Sequence record: NC_055708.1
DNA: 64,000 nucleotides
DNA from: Enterobacteria phage ATK47
Direction: 5' to 3' (one strand)
Shown piece after piece: positions 35,142 through 44,545 of the stretch (positions within the stretch are counted from its first letter, which is position 1; every line of letters starts with the position of its first letter). A program made the translations under genes and the position numbers. The notes below the pieces were generated by a model that saw only the letters and a program-made list of their open reading frames with translations, was not told the DNA's origin and searched no databases.

Positions 35142-37853
35142 ATGAAAGAATTTTACTTAACGGTTGAACAGATTGGTGATTCAATTTTTGAACGTTACAT
35201 CGATTCTAATGGCCGTGAACGTACTCGTGAAGTAGAATATAAACCATCACTGTTTGCTCATTGTCCAGAAAGTCAGGCTACTAAATATTTCGATATCTAC
35301 GGTAAACCTTGTACTCGTAAGTTGTTCGCTAATATGCGTGATGCCTCCCAATGGATTAAACGCATGGAAGATATCGGACTTGAAGCACTTGGCATGGACG
35401 ATTTCAAATTGGCGTATTTGTCTGACACTTATAACTATGAAATCAAATATGACCATACAAAAATTCGTGTGGCTAACTTCGACATCGAAGTAACATCCCC
35501 GGATGGGTTCCCTGAGCCGTCACAAGCAAAACATCCGATTGATGCTATCACCCATTATGACTCAATTGACGACAGGTTCTACGTATTTGATCTATTGAAT
35601 TCTCCATATGGCAATGTAGAAGAATGGTCTATCGAAATTGCGGCTAAGCTTCAAGAACAAGGTGGTGATGAAGTTCCATCTGAAATTATCGATAAAATCA
35701 TTTATATGCCGTTTGATAATGAAAAAGAATTATTGATGGAATATCTCAACTTCTGGCAACAGAAAACTCCTGTCATTTTGACTGGATGGAACGTTGAGTC
35801 ATTTGATATTCCATATGTGTATAATCGAATCAAGAATATTTTTGGTGAATCCACAGCAAAACGGTTGTCGCCACATCGTAAAACTCGTGTTAAAGTTATC
35901 GAAAACATGTATGGTTCTCGTGAAATCATTACATTGTTCGGTATCTCTGTTCTTGATTACATTGACCTTTACAAAAAATTCTCTTTCACAAACCAACCGT
36001 CGTATTCTCTGGATTACATTTCAGAATTTGAATTGAACGTTGGTAAACTGAAATATGACGGCCCTATTTCTAAGCTTCGTGAAAGCAATCACCAACGATA
36101 TATTTCTTATAACATTATCGACGTATATCGTGTATTGCAAATTGATGCTAAACGCCAGTTCATTAACTTGAGCTTGGACATGGGTTATTATGCTAAGATA
36201 CAGATTCAATCTGTGTTTAGCCCAATTAAAACATGGGATGCTATTATTTTTAATAGCCTTAAAGAGCAGAACAAGGTGATTCCACAAGGTCGTTCTCACC
36301 CGGTTCAACCTTATCCTGGCGCTTTTGTTAAGGAACCTATTCCAAATCGATACAAATATGTAATGAGTTTCGACCTTACATCTCTGTATCCAAGTATTAT
36401 TCGCCAAGTGAATATTAGCCCAGAAACAATAGCAGGAACGTTTAAAGTAGCTCCATTGCATGATTATATTAACGCAATCGCTGAACGTCCTTCAGATGTG
36501 TACAGTTGCTCTCCTAACGGCATGATGTATTATAAAGACCGTGACGGTGTAGTTCCAACTGAAATCACTAAGGTCTTTAATCAACGTAAAGAACATAAAG
36601 GTTATATGCTTGCGGCTCAACGTAATGGTGAAATAATTAAAGAGGCGTTGCATAATCCTAATCTTTCTGTTGACGAACCATTAGATGTTGATTATCGTTT
36701 CGACTTCACTGACGAGATTAAAGAAAAGATTAAAAAGTTGTCTGCTAAATCTCTTAATGAAATGTTGTTTAGAGCTCAACGTACTGAAGTTGCAGGTATG
36801 ACTGCACAAATTAACCGTAAATTGCTTATCAACTCGCTTTATGGTGCACTTGGTAACGTATGGTTCCGTTATTACGATTTGCGTAATGCTACTGCAATCA
36901 CAACATTCGGGCAAATGGCTTTACAGTGGATTGAACGTAAAGTTAATGAATATCTGAATGAAGTTTGTGGTACAGAAGGTGAAGCTTTCGTTCTTTATGG
37001 TGATACAGACTCTATTTACGTATCTGCTGATAAAATTATCGATAAGGTTGGTGAATCTAAATTCCGTGATACCAACCATTGGGTAGACTTCTTAGATAAG
37101 TTTGCACGTGAACGTATGGAACCAGCTATTGATAAAGGTTTCCGTGAAATGTGTGAATACATGAACAATAAACAACACTTAATGTTCATGGACCGAGAAG
37201 CTATCGCTGGTCCTCCGCTCGGTTCTAAAGGTATTGGTGGATTCTGGACCGGTAAGAAACGTTATGCATTAAACGTGTGGGATATGGAAGGAACTAGATA
37301 CGCTGAGCCTAAACTCAAAATCATGGGTCTCGAAACACAGAAATCTTCGACCCCTAAAGCAGTACAGAAAGCTCTTAAAGAATGTATTCGTCGTATGCTT
37401 CAAGAAGGTGAAGAATCATTACAAGAATATTTTAAAGAGTTTGAAAAAGAATTCCGTCAATTGAATTATATTAGCATCGCGTCAGTATCTTCTGCGAATA
37501 ACATTGCTAAATATGACGTTGGTGGATTCCCTGGTCCTAAATGCCCGTTCCATATTCGTGGAATTCTGACATATAACAGAGCTATCAAAGGTAATATTGA
37601 TGCTCCACAAGTTGTAGAAGGTGAAAAAGTATATGTTCTGCCTTTACGTGAAGGAAACCCATTCGGTGATAAATGTATCGCATGGCCTTCTGGTACTGAA
37701 ATCACAGATTTAATTAAAGACGACGTACTTCATTGGATGGACTACACTGTTCTCCTTGAGAAGACATTTATTAAACCACTTGAAGGATTCACATCAGCAG
37801 CGAAACTCGATTACGAGAAGAAAGCATCTCTGTTCGATATGTTCGATTTTTGA
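35142..37853 (+). CDS. 43: DNA polymerase gp43
   Basis: 903 aa; N-terminus matches RB69 gp43 as recalled; exo and pol motifs (FDIE, YGDTDS). Confidence 0.98.
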   Translation: MKEFYLTVEQIGDSIFERYIDSNGRERTREVEYKPSLFAHCPESQATKYFDIYGKPCTRKLFANMRDASQWIKRMEDIGLEALGMDDFKLAYLSDTYNYEIKYDHTKIRVANFDIEVTSPDGFPEPSQAKHPIDAITHYDSIDDRFYVFDLLNSPYGNVEEWSIEIAAKLQEQGGDEVPSEIIDKIIYMPFDNEKELLMEYLNFWQQKTPVILTGWNVESFDIPYVYNRIKNIFGESTAKRLSPHRKTRVKVIENMYGSREIITLFGISVLDYIDLYKKFSFTNQPSYSLDYISEFELNVGKLKYDGPISKLRESNHQRYISYNIIDVYRVLQIDAKRQFINLSLDMGYYAKIQIQSVFSPIKTWDAIIFNSLKEQNKVIPQGRSHPVQPYPGAFVKEPIPNRYKYVMSFDLTSLYPSIIRQVNISPETIAGTFKVAPLHDYINAIAERPSDVYSCSPNGMMYYKDRDGVVPTEITKVFNQRKEHKGYMLAAQRNGEIIKEALHNPNLSVDEPLDVDYRFDFTDEIKEKIKKLSAKSLNEMLFRAQRTEVAGMTAQINRKLLINSLYGALGNVWFRYYDLRNATAITTFGQMALQWIERKVNEYLNEVCGTEGEAFVLYGDTDSIYVSADKIIDKVGESKFRDTNHWVDFLDKFARERMEPAIDKGFREMCEYMNNKQHLMFMDREAIAGPPLGSKGIGGFWTGKKRYALNVWDMEGTRYAEPKLKIMGLETQKSSTPKAVQKALKECIRRMLQEGEESLQEYFKEFEKEFRQLNYISIASVSSANNIAKYDVGGFPGPKCPFHIRGILTYNRAIKGNIDAPQVVEGEKVYVLPLREGNPFGDKCIAWPSGTEITDLIKDDVLHWMDYTVLLEKTFIKPLEGFTSAAKLDYEKKASLFDMFDF

Positions 37854-37893
37854 TATAATGCCATGGACGGTAAACTAATTAAATGAGAGAAAT

Positions 37894-38529
37894 ATGAAAA
37901 CTACACCAATCACTATCGCTATTGACGCAATCGTAAAACAAGCTTCTTCTTTGGCTACTATGGCCAAAGTAATTAGTCAAAACCCTGCTCGTTATAATGC
38001 TATTCTAGAAACTCTTCGACGCCCAGGACTTAGTAATTATGAAAGCCGAGTAATTATTACAGGTGTTGGTAAGAATGCTAATATTGCAACTAAAGCTTCT
38101 GAGACATTTGCTTCACTCGGTATCCCAAGTATGTACTTGAACACCGGGCATTATTCTCACGGTGATGCAGGATTCATTGCGCCTAATGATGTGTTGATTC
38201 ATATTAGTCGTTCTGGTAAGACTGAAGAAATGATAGGTGTTGCTAAACATCTTCGTATGATTCGTCCTCAGGTTAAACAGATTCTGTTACATTGTAACCC
38301 TGACATTCCACAAGAATACGAAGCTCTTTTTGATTATACGTTCTGTACCGGTATCGCGGTAGAAGTTGACGAGAACTCTTTAGCTCCGACAATGTCCACT
38401 ACATTGTTGTTAGCGCTTATCGATACGTTCGCTATCAACCTTTCGTCTGAACGCGGATTTACCTCTAATGACTTCCTTAAGTTCCACCCTGGTGGTGCAC
38501 TAGGTGCCATGTTACGAGGCGAGCAATGA
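37894..38529 (+). CDS. SIS-domain sugar-phosphate isomerase (KdsD/GutQ-like arabinose-5-phosphate isomerase candidate)
   Basis: VIITGVGKNANIATKASETF...HISRSGKTEE SIS-type phosphosugar-binding motifs. Confidence 0.65.
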   Translation: MKTTPITIAIDAIVKQASSLATMAKVISQNPARYNAILETLRRPGLSNYESRVIITGVGKNANIATKASETFASLGIPSMYLNTGHYSHGDAGFIAPNDVLIHISRSGKTEEMIGVAKHLRMIRPQVKQILLHCNPDIPQEYEALFDYTFCTGIAVEVDENSLAPTMSTTLLLALIDTFAINLSSERGFTSNDFLKFHPGGALGAMLRGEQ

Positions 38530-38669
38530 AAGCAATAACAATAGGACTTTTACTATTGATGCTTGTCATGACTATCTACTGGAGCTTAACGGCTCCAGTA
38601 ATGATTCCGACTCTTATAATCGGATGGATTATGATTGGACTACAAGCAAAGTATGAATGCTTTAACTAG
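38526..38669 (+). CDS. Small hydrophobic protein, 47 aa
   Basis: ATGA overlap; single transmembrane-like segment; not in ORF track. Confidence 0.3.
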   Translation: MKAITIGLLLLMLVMTIYWSLTAPVMIPTLIIGWIMIGLQAKYECFN

Positions 38670-38710
38670 AATAGTGTACAATACACCTACTTACCAATGA
38701 GGACCACAAC

Positions 38711-40396
38711 ATGAAAAAAGCTGTTATTCTTGGTGCTGGACTGGCAACTCGTTTGTATCCAATAACGCATCATATTCCTAAGGTGCTTGTTAACTATAAA
38801 CAAGACACTATTCTGAGCAATTTGTATACAATTTATTCTGACCTTGGCGCAGATGAAATTATTGTAGTAGTTCATTCAAAATTTGCTGAAACTGTTCGAG
38901 CTTATTGCGAGCAAGAAGGGTTCAATGCGACTATTCGTACAGTTGATGAAGCGTATGGTTCTGCTTATGCTCTTGCTAAATTATACAAAGATTTAGATGG
39001 CCATAATGTAATTGTTAACTGGTGTGATATTATTCCTGATTTTGGTTCATGGTCTTGGAATGTTAACGCAATCTATGTTAAGGGTGATGAATGTCGATAT
39101 AATTTCGATGGTGAAAATATCACTAACGTAGGTTCAACAGGCGGTAATGTTGTAGGAATTTATCAGTTCAAAGACTGGGAATTCTACATGGGTTCTACTG
39201 ATGAGGAAATTCACGAATACTGCAAAGGACGTGATTTCGTAGAATTCCTTTACGGCAGTGCATTCAATAAATCAGAGCTTATGAATCTAATTGATTTAGG
39301 TGATATGCCTAAACTTGAAAAAGCTCATGAAGTTCGTGAACTTAATCGTAGTTTTAATGCAGTTGAAATTGGCGAAGAAACTGTAACTAAATTCGCGTTA
39401 ACCGAACAAGGTCGAGCTCTTCAGAAAGATGAGATTTCATGGTATTTGAAAGTGAAATCAGATTCAGTCCCTCAGTTAGTTTCTGTTAATGAAAATAACT
39501 TTGAAATGGAACGTATTAAAGGTAAGCCGGCATTTGAATATATTAAATCCAAATCAAGTCTTGCTCGTCCACAAATTGTTGATGCAATTTTAGATGCACT
39601 GAAATTCAGCACAGACACTTATTTTGTAAGTCCTGAAACTGTTCGCCGTGATTTCACTAAAGAGTTCTATACGAAAGTTATTGATCGTTGTGAAAGCATT
39701 CAGCCATTGATTGATTCATTTGGTAAAATCACACACGTGAACTACACTAAGATTGGACGTCTGAAGCCAATGTTGAAACAAGCTTTAGAACATCTTATTC
39801 GTTATCATAACCGTTCTCAGGGACAGTACTCTGTTATTCACGGTGATCCGAACTTCAGTAATACTATGATTACTGATAACGGCGAAGTCAAGTTTATCGA
39901 CCCTCGTGGATATTTTGGTGAAACCAAGATTTACGGACCAAAATTGTATGATGAAGCTAAAGTGCTTTATGCTGTTTCAGGTTATGATGAATTCAACGCT
40001 AATCCGACCTGGGGCCAGTTTATTATTGATGAAACAACTTGTAATGTGACTATTAACATCAATCCATTAGTTTACAAATATGGAAAGATGAGTTCGTTTA
40101 ACGAGTATCATCATTTGGCAGTAGCAATTATCTGGATTGCATTAGGTGGTTATTTCAAGAATAATCCACTTAAAGCGGTAGCCGCATATTATAAAGGTAT
40201 GGAACTTCTGACTAAGCAATTACGTAACATGGGCCGTGTACTTCAAGATGGCTCTATTAGTTATGACGTAGCAGAACCTGTAACGGCTACTCTGATTACA
40301 AAAAATCCTGGTAAATGGGTACTAACTGATAAAGAAACTGGTGTTTCCTATCGTCCAATCGGTGGCGATATCACTCATCAATGGGAACGAATCTAA
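38711..40396 (+). CDS. Bifunctional sugar-1-phosphate nucleotidyltransferase / APH-fold sugar kinase
   Basis: N-terminal ILGAGLATRLYPIT (RmlA/GlmU-type motif); C-terminal HGDPNFSNTMI...IDPRG (Brenner-type kinase motif). Confidence 0.65.
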   Translation: MKKAVILGAGLATRLYPITHHIPKVLVNYKQDTILSNLYTIYSDLGADEIIVVVHSKFAETVRAYCEQEGFNATIRTVDEAYGSAYALAKLYKDLDGHNVIVNWCDIIPDFGSWSWNVNAIYVKGDECRYNFDGENITNVGSTGGNVVGIYQFKDWEFYMGSTDEEIHEYCKGRDFVEFLYGSAFNKSELMNLIDLGDMPKLEKAHEVRELNRSFNAVEIGEETVTKFALTEQGRALQKDEISWYLKVKSDSVPQLVSVNENNFEMERIKGKPAFEYIKSKSSLARPQIVDAILDALKFSTDTYFVSPETVRRDFTKEFYTKVIDRCESIQPLIDSFGKITHVNYTKIGRLKPMLKQALEHLIRYHNRSQGQYSVIHGDPNFSNTMITDNGEVKFIDPRGYFGETKIYGPKLYDEAKVLYAVSGYDEFNANPTWGQFIIDETTCNVTININPLVYKYGKMSSFNEYHHLAVAIIWIALGGYFKNNPLKAVAAYYKGMELLTKQLRNMGRVLQDGSISYDVAEPVTATLITKNPGKWVLTDKETGVSYRPIGGDITHQWERI

Positions 40397-40782
40397 TGCA
40401 CCGTGTAGAAAACATGCTTAATCTTTGTTTTGATGTCGATGATTGTATAACAGAGTGGAATAACAATCGTGATTATGTGAACTTCAAACCAGACGTCGAA
40501 ATGGTGACCGCCATTAATGCCCTGTATGATGCAGGGCATACCATAACGCTTTACACTGCTCGTGGTATGAAGTCGGTAGGTCCTGGTCGTATAGCAATTG
40601 ACATTCTCCCAAGTCTGATTCAGAACTTGGAAAACATTGGTTTGAAGTACCATAATTTGCTAACACATAAACCAGTATATGATTGGATTATCGACGACAA
40701 AGCTATGCGTCCTGACGAATTCAAAGCTCTTATGAATAAAGGCGAATTCGAAACATTTAAATCGTATAAACCGAATCTATAA
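40396..40782 (+). CDS. HAD-like phosphatase candidate
   Basis: N-terminal FDVDDCIT (DxD motif); TAATG overlap with upstream gene. Confidence 0.45.
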   Translation: MHRVENMLNLCFDVDDCITEWNNNRDYVNFKPDVEMVTAINALYDAGHTITLYTARGMKSVGPGRIAIDILPSLIQNLENIGLKYHNLLTHKPVYDWIIDDKAMRPDEFKALMNKGEFETFKSYKPNL

Positions 40783-40833
40783 TAATTTAAGTAAGACCTG
40801 CAAAAAAAAACCCATCGCATCAATTAACGCGAG

Positions 40834-42003
40834 ATGCAAAAAATGAATACTTTTAAAATCGGAACGAATTTTGATTTAGCTCTTCTTGATAAAATCGTAG
40901 AGCTCAATAAAACTTATCCTAATAGCTTGATAAATGAAGTATACGGCTCTACAAGAGAAATGGCTTTTGTAGCAGCCAGACCTGATTTTAGGCTTCCTGA
41001 CGTTGACAAAAAGATGTTAGAAGACTACGTTAAACGTTGTAACGAATTAGGTATTTGCTTTAACTATACACTCAACACGATAAATCCTGGTTCAAAAAGA
41101 GAACTAGTTGAGTGGAAGAAGAAAGCTATTCAGGATTATGTTCAGTATCTTTGGTCAATAGGCGTATGGCGTATTACTATCGCTAACCCTGTTGTTATGG
41201 AAATTGTTCGTGAAGTCAATAAAGACATTGAGATTGAAGTTTCAACAATTCTACATGTTGATGCTGTAACTCAAATCAAATACTTGCACGACCAATATAA
41301 CATCAAAAAAGTCTGTTGCGGAATTCATAAGAACCGTTCAGTTTCTTTCCTGAAGCGTGCAGCAGAGTTTTGCAATAAGAACAATATAATATTTGAAGTT
41401 CTTGTAAATGAGTTCTGTTCTAATGCTGGTAAAGGGTATACAACACATTGTAGCTATCGTGACTCTTGCTATATTTTCCATAGTACTGATGTTACCGCTG
41501 ATGATGCTAAATCCTTAAATGGATATCCTATGCAGCACTGTATTAAAGCTCGTGATACAGACCCATTTAACTGGCTGAGAACTCGTTTTGTTCGTCCTCA
41601 AGATTTGAAACTTTATAATGATATTGGTATCACTCAATTCAAAGTTTCAGGACGTACAGGTAGCACAGACTACATTTTGAAAGTTCTTGAAGCATACGCT
41701 TCTGAAAAGTTTGAAGGTAATTTGTTAGAACTGTGGAAGCCTTTAGAGACTATTTTCACTCTTGAAAATGAGACTGAGTTTTCACATACAGTAAATATTG
41801 AAACCTCATTGTTAGACGGTTTTTTAGAAAAAAGGTGGTTCAGACATCCAGATTTCGATTGTGCTAATGAAATCTGCGGGACGACGTGTACATATTGTGA
41901 AAGATATTATAAACGTCAGTTATCTAAAAATGGGTTATCAGAAAACTCTATATCTATTATTGATATAACTAACTCTGATGACGCTTTGAGGTACCCGGAA
42001 TGA
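40834..42003 (+). CDS. U32-family (collagenase-like) protein, possible Fe-S enzyme
   Basis: Block similarity to U32 proteins (ANPVVMEIVREV..IEIEVS; FEVLVNEFCSNAGKGYTTHCSY); Cys cluster. Confidence 0.45.
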   Translation: MQKMNTFKIGTNFDLALLDKIVELNKTYPNSLINEVYGSTREMAFVAARPDFRLPDVDKKMLEDYVKRCNELGICFNYTLNTINPGSKRELVEWKKKAIQDYVQYLWSIGVWRITIANPVVMEIVREVNKDIEIEVSTILHVDAVTQIKYLHDQYNIKKVCCGIHKNRSVSFLKRAAEFCNKNNIIFEVLVNEFCSNAGKGYTTHCSYRDSCYIFHSTDVTADDAKSLNGYPMQHCIKARDTDPFNWLRTRFVRPQDLKLYNDIGITQFKVSGRTGSTDYILKVLEAYASEKFEGNLLELWKPLETIFTLENETEFSHTVNIETSLLDGFLEKRWFRHPDFDCANEICGTTCTYCERYYKRQLSKNGLSENSISIIDITNSDDALRYPE

Positions 42004-42239
42004 TTTCTAGAAAAACTTTTAACCACCAACTTAATGAAGAGATTTTGACTATAAAACTGAACACTAACGAACAAATTCTTAAAAAGGCCCTTATGGGCCT
42101 GTTTGAAACCAAAGCGGCTAAAGTGATTAAAGAACCTGTTCAATTGGAATACTACACTGATGCATTCCTTCATAGTGTTCTTGGAAGTATAGATTCTGAA
42201 GCTTTACGTTATATCAACATTGCCAAGAAATTCAAATAA
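42000..42239 (+). CDS. Hypothetical protein
   Basis: ATGA overlap. Confidence 0.35.
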   Translation: MISRKTFNHQLNEEILTIKLNTNEQILKKALMGLFETKAAKVIKEPVQLEYYTDAFLHSVLGSIDSEALRYINIAKKFK

Positions 42240-42281
42240 GCTTTACGAATTGAGTATATAATAAATTGTATTGAGGTAAAC

Positions 42282-42998
42282 ATGGGAAAACATAACACAA
42301 TGAAATATATCAAAGCCGCAGATTTTCAAGCCGCATTTAAAGCAGTCAATCGTGAAATTTTAGAAAATCCTGAATTCGTAACTGATTCTCGTATTGGACG
42401 TTGTAATGAAATCGGGTCCATGACAGTAGTTGTTGACAATCCATCATCATTCAAAATGACCGACCCACGTATTAACCGCATCTCTTATGAATATGCCGAA
42501 GACTTCTGGAAGTTTATGATTTCTGGTGGTACTGATGCAGAAGAAGCGTTTAAGGCATATCCTAATGTCGCTAAATTTATTTCTAAACCTAAATCAGACG
42601 CTTTGCCGGCGAACTTCAACACTTTCTATGGTCCTCGCATTGCGGCCCAATTACCAGCTCTTCTAAAAGAACTTAAAGAGAAACCTAACTCTCGAAGAGT
42701 TGTGTTCCAAATTCTAGAAAGTTCTGATCAGGCTTTGCTTGATTCGGACGAAACACTTGAATATCCATGTACTGACTCAGTGACTTATTATATTCGCGAT
42801 GGTAAGCTTTATACCCACTGTCATATGCGTTCTCAGAACTGTGCTGTTGTTATGCAGTTGGATTTTTATCTCCAAGGAAAATTACTTCATTATATCGCTA
42901 ACGAATGCGGCGTAGAAGTTGGTGATTATACTCATACCATGGTAAGTGCCCATGTGTTTGAACGTGATTTTGATTATGTTAAAGGATTCCTTGACTAA
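42282..42998 (+). CDS. 42: Thymidylate-synthase-fold pyrimidine hydroxymethylase (gp42-like dCMP hydroxymethylase, divergent)
   Basis: YPCTDSVTYYIRDGKLYTHCHMRSQNCAVVMQLDF resembles the catalytic Cys region of the TS/dCMP-hydroxymethylase family; position between 43 and uvsX. Confidence 0.6.
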   Translation: MGKHNTMKYIKAADFQAAFKAVNREILENPEFVTDSRIGRCNEIGSMTVVVDNPSSFKMTDPRINRISYEYAEDFWKFMISGGTDAEEAFKAYPNVAKFISKPKSDALPANFNTFYGPRIAAQLPALLKELKEKPNSRRVVFQILESSDQALLDSDETLEYPCTDSVTYYIRDGKLYTHCHMRSQNCAVVMQLDFYLQGKLLHYIANECGVEVGDYTHTMVSAHVFERDFDYVKGFLD

Positions 42999-43897
42999 TG
43001 GCTATTTTCCGCGTACCAATCTTGAGTATGCGGTCTTATGAAACTGGACAGTATGCTATCCTTAAGGATGGCAACTTCCAACTTCATTTGCACCGTGCTA
43101 ATCCAGGTGATGTGATTACATATCCACGTAATGCATCTGATATTAAAGAATGTGAACGTCTTTTCCCGGAATTTAAGTTTGTTCCATTATGGTATAAAGA
43201 TAACGCGTATAACACTCGTAAATATTTCTGGTCTGAAAATGAATTTGTGGTTGATTCATTAATTGCTTATTATGATTGTGATTTTCTAATAACAGATATC
43301 ACTGGATATGACGGCGCTTTTGATGTAGAATTCAATTTCAATATCACTGCAGACCCTAATAAACCACGTTTTTATATTGATGAATTCTTAAAAACCGATA
43401 TGTTGTCGGTTAATCGTTCACTTCAAACTACTGTGTTGAATGAACGTCAAAAAGAAGTGCTGGTTAACGCCGGTGCAGATGGTAATAAGATTATCGTAAC
43501 GCAGAAAGTTATACGTCCTTCCATCATGCAGCGTCTTGTAGGTGATTTGGCTCCTATTCATGTAGATGGTATTTTTCATCCATTTCGAATTAGTGATCCG
43601 TGTTATCATTTTGAACAAGTGGTTGAATGTGCAATTCAATTAGGTCAACCGCTTTATATAACTGATCCAAATAATAGCTTTGACAGAAATAAGTATCCTG
43701 AAGAAGCGCTGATTCGAATTTTTAAACCAACTAAAACTGAGTACTATCAAATTCTTAAAGGACGTCCGAAGATTCAATATTTCGAAAATCCTGAAGAAGT
43801 ATTCCATCCAGGTCTTGGTGAGTTCATCTACTTTAATGCTTTAATTTCTTCGCCGTATAATATACCTAAATACGAAGATGTCGTAATCGAGGAATAA
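42998..43897 (+). CDS. Hypothetical protein, 299 aa (occupies the T4 beta-gt position)
   Basis: ATGA overlap with the gp42-like gene; no recognisable motif. Confidence 0.4.
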   Translation: MAIFRVPILSMRSYETGQYAILKDGNFQLHLHRANPGDVITYPRNASDIKECERLFPEFKFVPLWYKDNAYNTRKYFWSENEFVVDSLIAYYDCDFLITDITGYDGAFDVEFNFNITADPNKPRFYIDEFLKTDMLSVNRSLQTTVLNERQKEVLVNAGADGNKIIVTQKVIRPSIMQRLVGDLAPIHVDGIFHPFRISDPCYHFEQVVECAIQLGQPLYITDPNNSFDRNKYPEEALIRIFKPTKTEYYQILKGRPKIQYFENPEEVFHPGLGEFIYFNALISSPYNIPKYEDVVIEE

Positions 43898-43898
43898 A

Positions 43899-44447
43899 AT
43901 GGCTAAAATTATTTTAGTAGATGGCCCAGATAATGCTGGTAAAACAACTTTCATTAATGACATAATGGAAATTAGTGAAAGATATGTAAAGATTGATTTC
44001 CCTAAACGAACAGTTGATGGACGTTTCGATGTTAAGTCTCGAAATGAAGTTGGCTGTTTCGAAACGATGTTGAATTATTTAGACCCTACTAAGATTTATC
44101 TGTTAGACCGTGGATATATTAGTAACTGGGTTTATGGACGTATTCGACAAGATGCGGACTCGGTTCTTGACGTTTATGAACAGGACTATGTTCGTCTTTG
44201 CCAAAACCATGATGTGTTCACAATTATTTTAACACGTAACGAAATGACTGAAAGTTTTGAAGACGACCTTATTACTTTGTCTTCATTCGGTTTTAATACA
44301 GTCATTTCACATTTTGAAGAGTTTGCAATTCATAACAAAATCCAAACGTATCAATTACTTAATCATGATGGTGCTAACAAAGTTATAGGATTTAATGCAA
44401 GCGAACGTAATTATTTGATTACAGAAATTATCAAATGGGCTCGTTAA
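43899..44447 (+). CDS. P-loop nucleotide/nucleoside kinase-like protein
   Basis: Walker A GPDNAGKTT; DRGY motif. Confidence 0.5.
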   Translation: MAKIILVDGPDNAGKTTFINDIMEISERYVKIDFPKRTVDGRFDVKSRNEVGCFETMLNYLDPTKIYLLDRGYISNWVYGRIRQDADSVLDVYEQDYVRLCQNHDVFTIILTRNEMTESFEDDLITLSSFGFNTVISHFEEFAIHNKIQTYQLLNHDGANKVIGFNASERNYLITEIIKWAR

Positions 44448-44545
44448 GAGCCATTTAAAGTTTTAAATGCTGTATAACCATTAGTATATAATTGTCTTAT
44501 CTTTTAAACATGAGTAAAATATAATGATGCCTATGGAAAAATACA

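Noticed and set aside
30031-36461. Long minus-strand ORFs in the six-frame track (30031-30519, 31814-32266, 34515-35108, 36021-36461 and similar)
   Set aside because: They lie entirely inside well-supported plus-strand genes (46, rpbA-position gene, 62/regA, 43), lack ribosome-binding sites and have low-complexity translations; they look like antisense-frame artefacts.
40834-42003. Calling the U32-family protein a collagenase/peptidase
   Set aside because: The family name is historical; no protease catalytic residues can be assigned from the sequence, and known bacterial members with assigned functions are hydroxylation-related, so a peptidase function is not asserted.
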